Assembly (NCBI RefSeq): GCF_000281045.1
Contig: NW_008246144.1
Coordinates: forward strand, 225,307 to 245,306
DNA length: 20,000 nt
Direction: 5' to 3'
DNA from: Saprolegnia diclina VS20
Lineage: Eukaryota
The translations under genes were made by a program, and so were the position numbers. Below, one piece after another: positions 9,158 through 18,916 of the stretch (the stretch's first letter is position 1; every line of letters starts with the position of its first letter). Below the pieces are notes generated by a model, which made no database searches, had not been told where the DNA came from, and saw only the letters and a program-made list of their open reading frames with translations.

Positions 9158-10663
9158 CTAGCTCGTCGTAGTGTCGCGGGGCGCATCGCTCTCGAGCGAC
9201 GTCTTGTGCATGCTGGTGTCGAGAACGCGGGATGTTGGCGCTGGCTCGAACGTGTAGGCGGACCCGCCGTGCTCGTAGGCGTCGAGCCCCGTAGCCTCGG
9301 CGTCGGCCGACACGCGGAGGAGGCCGAGCTTGGAGAGGAGGCCAAAGAGGAGGGTGCAGAAGCCGGCAACCCACGCGAAAATCGCCAGCACATACACGAC
9401 CTGCGCCGCGAGCTGGTGGCCTTGGTGGCCGTCGCAGCGGTAAAAGACACCGCACGAGCCGGACCCGACGGCCATGGCCACGCCTTTGCCCGAAGCGAAG
9501 AAGCCAGGCGCGAGGGCGCCGAGCGTGCCGCAGCCAAAGTGCACAGGGATCGCGTCGACGACGTCGTCGATCTTGCAGCGCAGCACGAGCTTGGCGACGC
9601 CAACGTAGACGAGCGATGCGATGGCGCCGAGCGCGACGGCGCCTTCGGGCTCGATCACGGAGCAGCTGCCGGTGACCGAGACGCAGCCGGCGAGGATCCC
9701 GTTGTTGAACATGCAAACGTCCCACGACTTGGACCCGACGAGGCGGTCGAGGAGGACGGTGCAGACGCCGCCCATGCACGCGCCGAGCGTGAGGTTGACC
9801 GCGACCTTGGTCATCACGTGGCTCAAGTCCCCCCGGAGCGAGACCGTCGAGACGCAGTTGAAGCCGTACCAGCCAAACCAGAGAATGAGCGTTCCCATGC
9901 TTTGGTACAAAACCGACTGCTTCGGGAGCTCATCGTGGCTGCCGTCGCTGTGGAACCGCCCTTTGCGCGGCCCAAGAAAGATGCACCCGATGAGCGCCGA
10001 GATGCCCCCGAGCATGTGGATGCAGCCGCAGCCAGCAAAGTCGATGGTCCCGACCTCAAAGAGGCGGTCTTGGGGGGTTCGGAGCACGCTCGCCCACCCA
10101 GTCGTGGACCAGATCCAGTGGCCCGCGACCGGGTAGATGACGGCGCTCACGCACAGCGTGTAGGCCAAGTAGGCGCCGAGCGTGATGCGTTCGGCGACTG
10201 CGCCCGAGAAAATGGTGACGGCGACGGCGGCGATCGCCCACTGGAAGAACCAGTTGCCGTACTCGTAGCCTTCGTACGCCATGGGGATATCCGTGTGGAA
10301 GGTGTCGCCTTGGAGGAAGAAGCCCGTGCGACCGATGAAGACGTTGCCGTCGCCAAAGAGGAACGCGTACCCGACGGCGTAGAACGTGAGGCCCGTGAGG
10401 CAGAGGTCGCTAAGGTTGCGGAACAAAATGTGCTTGGTGTTCTTGACGCTGCAGCAGCCAATCTCGAGGAGGCCAAACCCAAGGAGCATGATGAAGACCA
10501 TGACGCCGCCAAAGACGAGCCAGAGATTGTCGAGCGCGGCCGCCGACGCCACGTCGGACGCACACTTGGTCCCGACGCACGCGTTGGCCGTGAGTTTCTT
10601 GGAGAACGCGTCGAGCGACATGGTGGTCACGACGCCGTTGAGCGTCAGCGTCACCGAGTCCAT
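9158..10663 (-). CDS. amt: Ammonium transporter (Amt/Mep family), ~501 aa, intronless
   Basis: Motifs GFGLLEIG, SGAVAER, YPVAGHWIW, DFAGCGCIH, WFGWYGFNCVS, NGILAGCVSVT, IDDVVDAIPVH and LRVSADAEATGLDAYEHG. Start placed at MDSVT (10663), downstream of an INR-like GCATTCTCGCAT at ~10697-10708. The ORF-track extension to 10858 looks non-coding. Confidence 0.96.
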   Translation of the reverse strand: MDSVTLTLNGVVTTMSLDAFSKKLTANACVGTKCASDVASAAALDNLWLVFGGVMVFIMLLGFGLLEIGCCSVKNTKHILFRNLSDLCLTGLTFYAVGYAFLFGDGNVFIGRTGFFLQGDTFHTDIPMAYEGYEYGNWFFQWAIAAVAVTIFSGAVAERITLGAYLAYTLCVSAVIYPVAGHWIWSTTGWASVLRTPQDRLFEVGTIDFAGCGCIHMLGGISALIGCIFLGPRKGRFHSDGSHDELPKQSVLYQSMGTLILWFGWYGFNCVSTVSLRGDLSHVMTKVAVNLTLGACMGGVCTVLLDRLVGSKSWDVCMFNNGILAGCVSVTGSCSVIEPEGAVALGAIASLVYVGVAKLVLRCKIDDVVDAIPVHFGCGTLGALAPGFFASGKGVAMAVGSGSCGVFYRCDGHQGHQLAAQVVYVLAIFAWVAGFCTLLFGLLSKLGLLRVSADAEATGLDAYEHGGSAYTFEPAPTSRVLDTSMHKTSLESDAPRDTTTS

Positions 10664-10981
10664 GCTGGTTCCGGTGGACGAGCAGGAAGGTGCAGATGCG
10701 AGAATGCAGCTATTTCCATCGGGAAGCAGCGACCCAAGATGACGTCTCGGCGGGTTGAAGTTGCACTTTCCGTCAGCCGTTTCAACTCGGATGTGGCGTC
10801 GATTTTGGGATGCGGCTCGGCCTCTCCTCGGAAGATATACGAGCATGGTCGGTCCCAACGCAGCACTGCGCCGATAGCGCTTGCTGGTTCTTGGACGCTA
10901 AGAAAGCTAAGCTTAGAGGTAATCGTGTTCATCTCGCGTCGTTCACTTCGACCGCGTCTTAAATAGTGTAGCTACAGCGTA

Positions 10982-11926
10982 TCAAATCCAAATGAACGAC
11001 CCGTCGACTTCGGTGCGGCTGGCGCCGAGTCGCGTGTGCTGGAACGACGCGCTCATGCGGTCGGCTTCCTTGTACCACGACGACGCGATAAAGAAGTGCG
11101 GCTCGGCCGCCGGCGCGGCGACTGGCGCAGGGGGTAACACGGTCGTGGCTGGCGCAACGGTGGGCGACGGTCCGTCGTTGACGCTTGGCACGTCGCTAGC
11201 CGTTGTGTACTCCATGCGCGGGATAAAGATGTGGTGCGACGCACTGAGGCGGTCGGTCGCAAAGCGGTCGCGCGATATGACCTGCGAGGACGCCAGCTTG
11301 GGCGGCTCGGGCGTCGGCGGCGTCGACGTCACCTGCGGCTTGCTTTCGTGGATGGCAGGTCGGAAAAACTGCGTCGAAGCCGACCACCAGTTGGACGACA
11401 CTGCCTCTGGCTTGGGCGGGCTCGGCTCACGCGTGAAGAGGGTGCGCAGCTTGTCAAAGACGCTCGTCGAGGCGGCGAGTTCTGGCTCCGTTTCGCGCGA
11501 TGGTGTCCACTCTGGCGCATCATCCACTACATCGAGGTCGGTCATGTGTCCGTTGTCGTCTTCTTCGGGCTCGACGGCCACGATCTCGGGCGAGTAGTTG
11601 GGGCTTGTCGCAGGGATCGCGTGGTATATCTTGCTCGCTGCGTAGCCCCTGTCAACAACGGCGTGAAGGCGCAGGCACGACGCAGGCGCAGCGCGCAGGA
11701 CGTCTGCGAGGGCATGCGGCGACTTGATCCACTCGACGACGGCCTCTTGGTCTGTCTCGACCGTTCGGCAGAGCACGAGCGGCAGTTCCGGCGCGACGCT
11801 CTGGAAGAGCTGGTCGAAGAAGACGAGGCCGACGTGGCCGAGGTAGGCGCCGTCGATGACCATGGGCAGCACGCTGCAGGATGCGGGGAAGGTCACGAGC
11901 ACGACGCGGCCCAGCGACGCGGTCAT
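10982..11926 (-). CDS. Hypothetical protein (~314 aa), predicted folded N-terminal ~110 aa plus a Pro/Ser/Thr-rich tail
   Basis: Open 320-codon frame with codon usage like the neighbouring genes. Start uncertain (11944 or 11926); a GTAAG donor near 11999 suggests an upstream intron or exon. No family recognised. Confidence 0.65.
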   Translation of the reverse strand: MTASLGRVVLVTFPASCSVLPMVIDGAYLGHVGLVFFDQLFQSVAPELPLVLCRTVETDQEAVVEWIKSPHALADVLRAAPASCLRLHAVVDRGYAASKIYHAIPATSPNYSPEIVAVEPEEDDNGHMTDLDVVDDAPEWTPSRETEPELAASTSVFDKLRTLFTREPSPPKPEAVSSNWWSASTQFFRPAIHESKPQVTSTPPTPEPPKLASSQVISRDRFATDRLSASHHIFIPRMEYTTASDVPSVNDGPSPTVAPATTVLPPAPVAAPAAEPHFFIASSWYKEADRMSASFQHTRLGASRTEVDGSFIWI

Positions 11927-12819
11927 TTGGCCTTCGCCGCCCATCGAGCACGGTCAGTTGTAGAAATAAGCCAGCTGCGCGAGACAAGCGTCGGCTTACT
12001 TGGTCGTTGTATGAGGATACAAATGCCGAGTCTATTGGACCATCACTCGTTCCAAGACCCCGGTGTCCAGGCCGAATCATATCCATGAAAATGATCGGAC
12101 CCCGGGGTATCCACTCGAGGATGAGAACGCCCAACATGTCGCTATCTTGTGATGGCGGTTCAAGCGCCGAGAACCACAAGAACGCAAGATGGCGGACGTG
12201 CCCGAAACGATGACGGTCTTTACTCCTCACTTGGTTGCGACTGAGCTATCTAGTAGCATGGCACCGGGGCTTCAGACACGCGCGACCTTCTCGAATGTGC
12301 TCGTCTTCGGAACAAAAACCAGAAACCCGATTTTTGGCCGAGATATCGCAGTTGAAGTTCATCTTTTGTTGCCAGTGGCAATAAATATTAATACGTGCAC
12401 GCACAAAGAGAGGCTTCCGTTGGTTTGGGCAATCACGTGTTGCAGTCGTGCCTCTACCCTGTAGCAAAACGTGCCGGAGCAGCGAGATTCGTCAAAATGT
12501 ACATTTTACCTCGCCTACAAGTAAAAACGAATTCGCATCCTGGCATTTCAAAACGAATATTTCAAGCTCAAAGATATATAGTTTAGCGATGCTGCGATGG
12601 TTGGGGCCAAACGCACGCCGCAAGGACGTCGGGCCAGCTTCCGTGATGGCGTGTCGCGTACACGATCGATACTTTGATACCTTGACACAATTTCGTACAT
12701 TTCTTCATTTTTTATCGTAGCGCCATGCCGTCCCAATCAGCGCGAGCTCGCCAACATTTTGCGTTTGAAAATGAAATTGCCAAGCCTTGGCCAAGTGGTT
12801 GAGGACACTCGAGTGAGTG

Positions 12820-12929
12820 GTCGTGTCGAGGCATCGAGGGTGGTGAGACACGATCCTAGACGCACGCCGAACTAAGATCGTAGTGCCATCTTAGCGGCAC
12901 AACGCCAGGTCACTTGTCGACAACATCAC
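12820..12929 (+). repeat. Diverged partial copy of the 14-18 kb repeat, truncated by an N gap
   Basis: GAGACACGATCCTAGACGCACGCCGAACTAAGATCGTAGTGCCATCTTAGCGGCACAACGCC aligns to ~14124-14228, but with one 42-bp subrepeat instead of two. Confidence 0.7.
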
Positions 12930-13327
12930 NNNNNNNNNNNNNNNNNNNNNNNNNNNNNNNNNNNNNNNNNNNNNNNNNNNNNNNNNNNNNNNNNNNNNNN
13001 NNNNNNNNNNNNNNNNNNNNNNNNNNNNNNNNNNNNNNNNNNNNNNNNNNNNNNNNNNNNNNNNNNNNNNNNNNNNNNNNNNNNNNNNNNNNNNNNNNNN
13101 NNNNNNNNNNNNNNNNNNNNNNNNNNNNNNNNNNNNNNNNNNNNNNNNNNNNNNNNNNNNNNNNNNNNNNNNNNNNNNNNNNNNNNNNNNNNNNNNNNNN
13201 NNNNNNNNNNNNNNNNNNNNNNNNNNNNNNNNNNNNNNNNNNNNNNNNNNNNNNNNNNNNNNNNNNNNNNNNNNNNNNNNNNNNNNNNNNNNNNNNNNNN
13301 NNNNNNNNNNNNNNNNNNNNNNNNNNN
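12930..13327. other. Assembly gap (398 N)
   Basis: Run of N. Further 100-N gaps at 13916-14015, 16049-16148 and 18734-18833. Confidence 1.
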
Positions 13328-13810
13328 ATTTCTAGAGCTGCGACGTGCGGGTCGCGCGCGCTGCTTGGTAGTCTAGTCGACGACCTTGGATGGCAATGGT
13401 TAGATATGCCGTCGCGGATTATGTAGGCTCAACGATACCAACATCGATTTCAAAGCGGTAGGGTTAGGTTTCGATGTGCGAGAAGCCACAGCATGCATCG
13501 CACCAGCCTTCCGGTACATTATGGCGGGTCTTTCGTACTCTACGGACGGCACCCGCAGCCACGGAATCGAAATGACCAAGTCGCCATCCATGCCGAGTTC
13601 GCCGCGTTGGGTGTCAAGGTGCAAAAGCTCATTCGACTAACTTTTTAGCACTTTGCCACATCACTTGCATGGATGCAAGTGGCGCCAGATGCCAGTTTGA
13701 AAGGATCATGGACCAAACCGACGCTAATGGCATTTTCGCTGGTCTGGTGACGAACTGACTCAACAATCCTCGCCACTGGAGGATGCACCTTGGTATCACA
13801 ATTTTCGAAA

Positions 13811-13915
13811 AATCAAAATTTGCCATCTTGTCGTCGTTGACTTTGCACATAGATAAAGAACGCTGTGAAGAGTACAGAAAGGGAGGTTGCGTCGACGTGC
13901 GAGGCGTACAGCGGT
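13811..13915 (+). repeat. 105-bp copy of the repeat start, identical to 16149-16253
   Basis: AATCAAAATTTGCC...GGCGTACAGCGGT matches copy C exactly. Copy B reads GGCATACATCGGT at the end. Confidence 0.95.
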
Positions 13916-14015
13916 NNNNNNNNNNNNNNNNNNNNNNNNNNNNNNNNNNNNNNNNNNNNNNNNNNNNNNNNNNNNNNNNNNNNNNNNNNNNNNNNNNNNN
14001 NNNNNNNNNNNNNNN

Positions 14016-16048
14016 AATCAAAATTTGCCATCTTGTCGTCGTTGACTTTGCACATAGATAAAGAACGCTGTGAAGAGTACAGAAAGGGAGGTTGCGTCGA
14101 CGTGCGAGGCATACATCGGTCGCGAGACGCGATCCAAGATGCACGCCAAACTGAGATCGTAGTGCTATCTTAGAGGCAGGACGCACTCCAAACTAAGACC
14201 GCAGCGCCATCTTAGCGGCACGACGCCACGACGCCGACGCTACTTGCCGGCAGCATCGCGCTTGAAATGGAATCGCTCGAAGTTGGCACGGTGCTAGAAG
14301 ACACGTTCGAAAGCAGAGCAGACCGCGATTCGTCATCGCTGCAGTTGTACAACGCGTGCTGTGCTCGACCACGGATACAAAGCGCTCTTAAGTGCTAAGA
14401 AGCAAAGGATCGCATTGGCACGTCGTAGTCTTCGTCTTCTGCACTTGTGGCGGCAATCTCCCCTTCCAGTGGATCAAGATTGCGATTCCTAGTAATATTC
14501 ATGGAGTTGCGACGCCCAGCACATGCTGTGGAGCGTTTGGAAAGGCTTGTAGGCTTCCGCACTCGCAGTGATCTAGTATCGCAACGCGTGTGATGGTATC
14601 CAAGCGTCCTCCACTCGGAGAATGTCCCATTTCGGCGCAAACGTTCAGTCGTGTAAAAACAAGTGTAAAAGCGAGCTCGACAAAGGCGAAACGCAGAGCT
14701 TTTACAAGAGAAGGATAGCAGCCTTGAGCGATGCTCATTCCGCAATTTGCGCTGCAGGGCCTCGGTCGCACGGCACCGCGTCGCACGGCAGGGTCGTCGC
14801 AAGCGGGCGCCCTGTCGACTATGGACGGTGAAACTCGTGTTGCCGAGGTCCTTCTTTCGCCTCGAATCCATGCGATACAGGACGTTGGCTTGCCAGGTAA
14901 GCATATATCGCTGCGTTCTCATGCAGCAAGCGAGCTTGGGTCTGCCGCGTCGAGGATCGATGATCACCAAGCTCGATGGGTGGTATCCGGAACGTGTTGA
15001 GCGCGCCGCAGCCATCGAGCGCCTGCATTAGTACCTTGGCGTAGGTGCATACATACGCACAAAAGGCTCGCTGAGCTGTCGCATCCGTATTGGGTCGTGG
15101 TTGCTGGCGTCGATGCAGCGCTGGTCGCAGTCATCGGCGCCATAGCGGTAGAAATGCCATTGCTTCGATGTTGGGCGTCTACGTGCTGTCAGCTATATAG
15201 TCGACGCGCCGAAACAAACGTTGACAGCGACAACATCGAGCGTGCAGACGATGGCCTTGACCATGTCGCGCCCGTGGCGCCGTTTCGGAGCATCCGGATA
15301 ATGATACCGGACATCATTAGCCAATCGACGATTTGCCGACAAACCAACTCAGTTGGCGCGATGTGATATGCGCTCGAGCTACCAATGAATGGGTCTTCTC
15401 TCGGCGGTCACACACAGAGGCGCACGCCTATGGTCCATGTCATACTACAACGAACCTCCAGGCGTCCGCGTAGCGCTGGCTCGCGTTAGGCACAAGGTAC
15501 CACACATCTTTGACTCTATATGTGTCTCACAGAATGACTAGCATTCCGTGTTTGTCCGAGACACATGAGGTCGAGATTTTTGCGCTCTTTCCGTGCTTCT
15601 CGTGATCTCGTACCACCCGCTCGTCGCGCATGGCGCGCGTAAGGACGCCTTCGCGAGCTACGTAGTGGACATGCATGAAGGCCTGGTTCATGTTGACCTC
15701 GCAGCGTCGGCTGCGAAGGCGCTCAAGGACAATGAGATGGTGCCGCCGGTGCTTTTTTCACACTGTGCCGGGTCTCACGGACCGCCCGCAGCAAACCTCT
15801 CACCCCGGCAAGTCGCGCTGTGGCGCCCATCGTTGCGCAGAAAAGCGTCGTACCCAAGACTCGATCCTCGCATGTGCATCATTCTGCAAGCGCTCTCGGG
15901 CAAGAACGCTGAGAAGCAGACGATCGTCAGCTGCCTCGTCTCGACGCTTCAGGCAGGTACAGGCGCGGCGGCTACGGGCTGCCTCGGTGCGCTGATGGTC
16001 GACGGTATCGACCCTCATCTCGTCCTGCGCCAGCGACGACCTACACAC
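14016..16048 (+). repeat. ~2.0 kb repeat copy B (promoter plus degraded gene of unknown family), bounded by 100-N gaps
   Basis: Collinear with 16149-18300. The ends are identical, with many substitutions and indels inside (about 200 nt unique at ~15005-15200). No sustained ORF. Confidence 0.92.
14733..14748 (+). promoter_or_regulatory. Perfect INR-FPR element within repeat copy B
   Basis: GCTCATTCCGCAATTT, 16/16 match to the oomycete consensus. Next ATG at 14821. Confidence 0.7.
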
Positions 16049-16148
16049 NNNNNNNNNNNNNNNNNNNNNNNNNNNNNNNNNNNNNNNNNNNNNNNNNNNN
16101 NNNNNNNNNNNNNNNNNNNNNNNNNNNNNNNNNNNNNNNNNNNNNNNN

Positions 16149-18300
16149 AATCAAAATTTGCCATCTTGTCGTCGTTGACTTTGCACATAGATAAAGAACG
16201 CTGTGAAGAGTACAGAAAGGGAGGTTGCGTCGACGTGCGAGGCGTACAGCGGTCGCGAGACGCGATCCAAGATGCACGCCAAATTGAGATCGTAAATTTA
16301 GTGCTATCTTAGAGGCATGACACTCCAAACTAAGACCGTAGCGCCATCTTAGCGGCAGGACGCCGCGACGCCGACGCTACTTGCCGGCAGCATCACGCTT
16401 GAAGTGGAATCGCTCGAAGTTGGCACGGTGCTAGAAGACACTTTGGAGAGCAGAGCAGACCGCGATTCGTCATCGCTGCAGGCCTACAACGCGTGCAATG
16501 CTCGACCACAGATACAAAGCGCTCTAAAAGTGTTAAGAAGCAAAGGACCGCATTGGCACGTCGTAGTCTTCGTCTTCTGCACTTGTGGCGACAATCTCCC
16601 CTTCCAGTGGATCAAGATTGCGATTCCCAGTAATATTCATGGAGTAACGACGCCCAGCACATGCTGTGGAGCGTTTGGAAAGGCTTGTAGCTCACAATGC
16701 TCGGGCTTCCGCACTCGCACTGATCTAGTATCGCAACGCGTGTGATGGTATCCAAGCGTCCTCGTATGTCGAAGATCGCAAAATGTGAAAAACACTCGAT
16801 TCCTATGACGTGGCACTCGGAGAATGTCCCATTTCGGCGCAAACGTTCAGTCGTGTAAAAACAAGTGTAAAAGCGAGCACGACAAAGGCGAAACGCAGAG
16901 CTTTTACTAGAGAATTGTAGAAGCCATGAGCGCTGCTCATTCCGCAATTTGCGCTCCAGGGCCTCGGTCGCACGGCACCGCGTCGCACGGCAGGGTCGTC
17001 GCAAGCGGGCGCCCTGTCGACTGTGAACGGTGAAACTTGTGTGGCCGAGGTCCTTCTTTCGCCGCGAATCCTGTAGTATGGGGCGTTGGCTTGCCACGTA
17101 CGCAAAGATCGCAGCGTTCTCATGTAGCATGCGAATTGGCTTGGGTCTGCGTCGTCGAGGATCGATGATCACCACACTCAATGGGTGGTATCCGAAACGT
17201 GTTGAGCAACGTCGCAGCCGTCGACGCGCCGAAACAAACGCTGACAGCGACAACCTCGAGCGTTTGTGCGATGAGTACGACGATGGCCTCGACCGTGTCA
17301 CGCTCGTGGCGCCGTTTCGAGGCTTCCGGATAATGGTACCGGACACCAATAGCCAATCGGCGACAAGGGTCAATAAAAAGACCCATGTCGGCGATTTGCC
17401 GACGAACCATGCCGTCGCCGGCCCAGCAGTGGGCGCTACGCGCGCGCCGCGTCGCGTTCGGACCGCGCTCGTCATCTTGCGGCGCAGATCCAAATGGCGC
17501 ACAGCTCAAGCGCCTCACGCTTGACGTCCTACGGCTTACACACGACAGCCAGCATTGAGATCGCTGGCGCGCAGCGACCTCTAGCCCGCAGAACCTCTTG
17601 CTCGGCGGCGCGTCAGATGCGATCTGTGCTCGAGCTACCAGCGATTGGATCTTTTCTCGGCGGTCACACAGTGGTCGCGCGCCCATGGTCCACGTCATGC
17701 TACACCGGACCTCGTTCTTCAAGGCGCCCGCGCAGCGCTGGCTCGCGTTTGGCACAACCACACACCTTTGACTCTATATGCGTCCCACAGAATGACTAGC
17801 ATTCCGTGTTTGTCCGAGACACACGAGGTCGAGATTTCTGCGCTCTTTCCGCGCTTCTCCTGATCTCGTAGCACCCGCTCGTCGCGCATGGCGCGAGTAA
17901 GGACGCCTTTGCGAGCTACGTAGTGGACGCGCCTCAAGGCCTGGTTCATGTCGACCTCGCGGTGTCGGCTGCGAAGGCGCCCAAGGACAATGAGATGGTG
18001 CCGCCGGTGGTTTTTTCACACTGAGCCGGGTCCGCCCGCCGCAAACCTCTCACCCCGGCAAGTCGCGCCGTACCATCGTTGCGCAGAAAAGCGTCGTCCA
18101 CACACCCAAGACTCGATCCTCGCATGTGCATCATTCTGCAAGCGCTCTCGGGCAAGAACACCGAGAAGCAGACGATCGTCAGCTGCCTCGTCTCGACGCT
18201 TCAGGCAGGTACAGGCGCGGCGGCTACGGGCTGCCTCGGTGCGCTGATGGTCGACGGTATCGACCCTCATCTCGTCCTGCGCCAGCGACGACCTACACAC
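16149..18300 (+). repeat. ~2.15 kb repeat copy C
   Basis: Collinear with 14016-16048. Copy-specific segments at ~16764-16812 and ~17410-17620. 18163-18300 is identical to 15911-16048. Confidence 0.92.
16935..16950 (+). promoter_or_regulatory. Perfect INR-FPR element within repeat copy C
   Basis: GCTCATTCCGCAATTT, 16/16 match. The position equivalent to copy B's ATG reads GTG (~17023). Confidence 0.7.
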
Positions 18301-18916
18301 ACGAAGTTCTTCAGCCCAAGGGTCCGCTCTATGACTACTAGATGTACGGTGTGTATGTATCTGTGAATGTAACCCGTGTAATTTATGCAGCTATCTCGAC
18401 CCAAGTGTTGTGTGTTGGACCAGTTGGCTTGAAACTTGCGATCAAAGCGCCATTTGCTGTCGAATGGAGAGTGGCTCGGGCCTTATAAAGTACTAGTAGC
18501 TGCGTCTGGTTGGACGCATGACTACGCCGACGATGACGCTATTTGCGCTGGCCAGCGCCTAGAAGATCGCATTGGCAATCGAAAGACGCCTCACGTGGCC
18601 GCCCAGCACAAAAGCTGCTAGCATCGACACCACCGTAACCGCTTCCTAGCTTTGTGTCTCCAATTGCGCAGTGTCGTGTGCCCTTCACCACCGTCTTTCT
18701 CGATGCTCGACACGAGCTCGTAGGCGGGAACTCNNNNNNNNNNNNNNNNNNNNNNNNNNNNNNNNNNNNNNNNNNNNNNNNNNNNNNNNNNNNNNNNNNN
18801 NNNNNNNNNNNNNNNNNNNNNNNNNNNNNNNNNCCGTCTACCACATCCAAGGTCGTTGACCAATGCAATGCTTTTCTTCGATCTTCAATCCTCTCACCGA
18901 GGTCGAATTCACGCAT

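Noticed and set aside
9206..10966. 586-aa ORF antisense to the Amt gene
   Set aside because: It mirrors the Amt codon register. Strong GC3 bias removes antisense stops, and it has no recognisable motifs.
12290..12790. AT-rich stretch with small palindromes such as TTGCCAGTGGCAA
   Set aside because: Consistent with ordinary intergenic or promoter DNA. No defined element ends.
14141..14224. CRISPR-like reading of the hairpin subrepeats
   Set aside because: Only two abutting units, no unique spacers, no cas genes, eukaryotic context.
14821..15000. Possible Crinkler (CRN) N-terminus (VKLV) after the INR-FPR
   Set aside because: No LxLFLAK or HVLV motif in any frame.
18360..18733. TTLRNWRHKA, resembling a transposase HTH helix
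   Set aside because: Too short, surrounded by stops, with no catalytic domain nearby.
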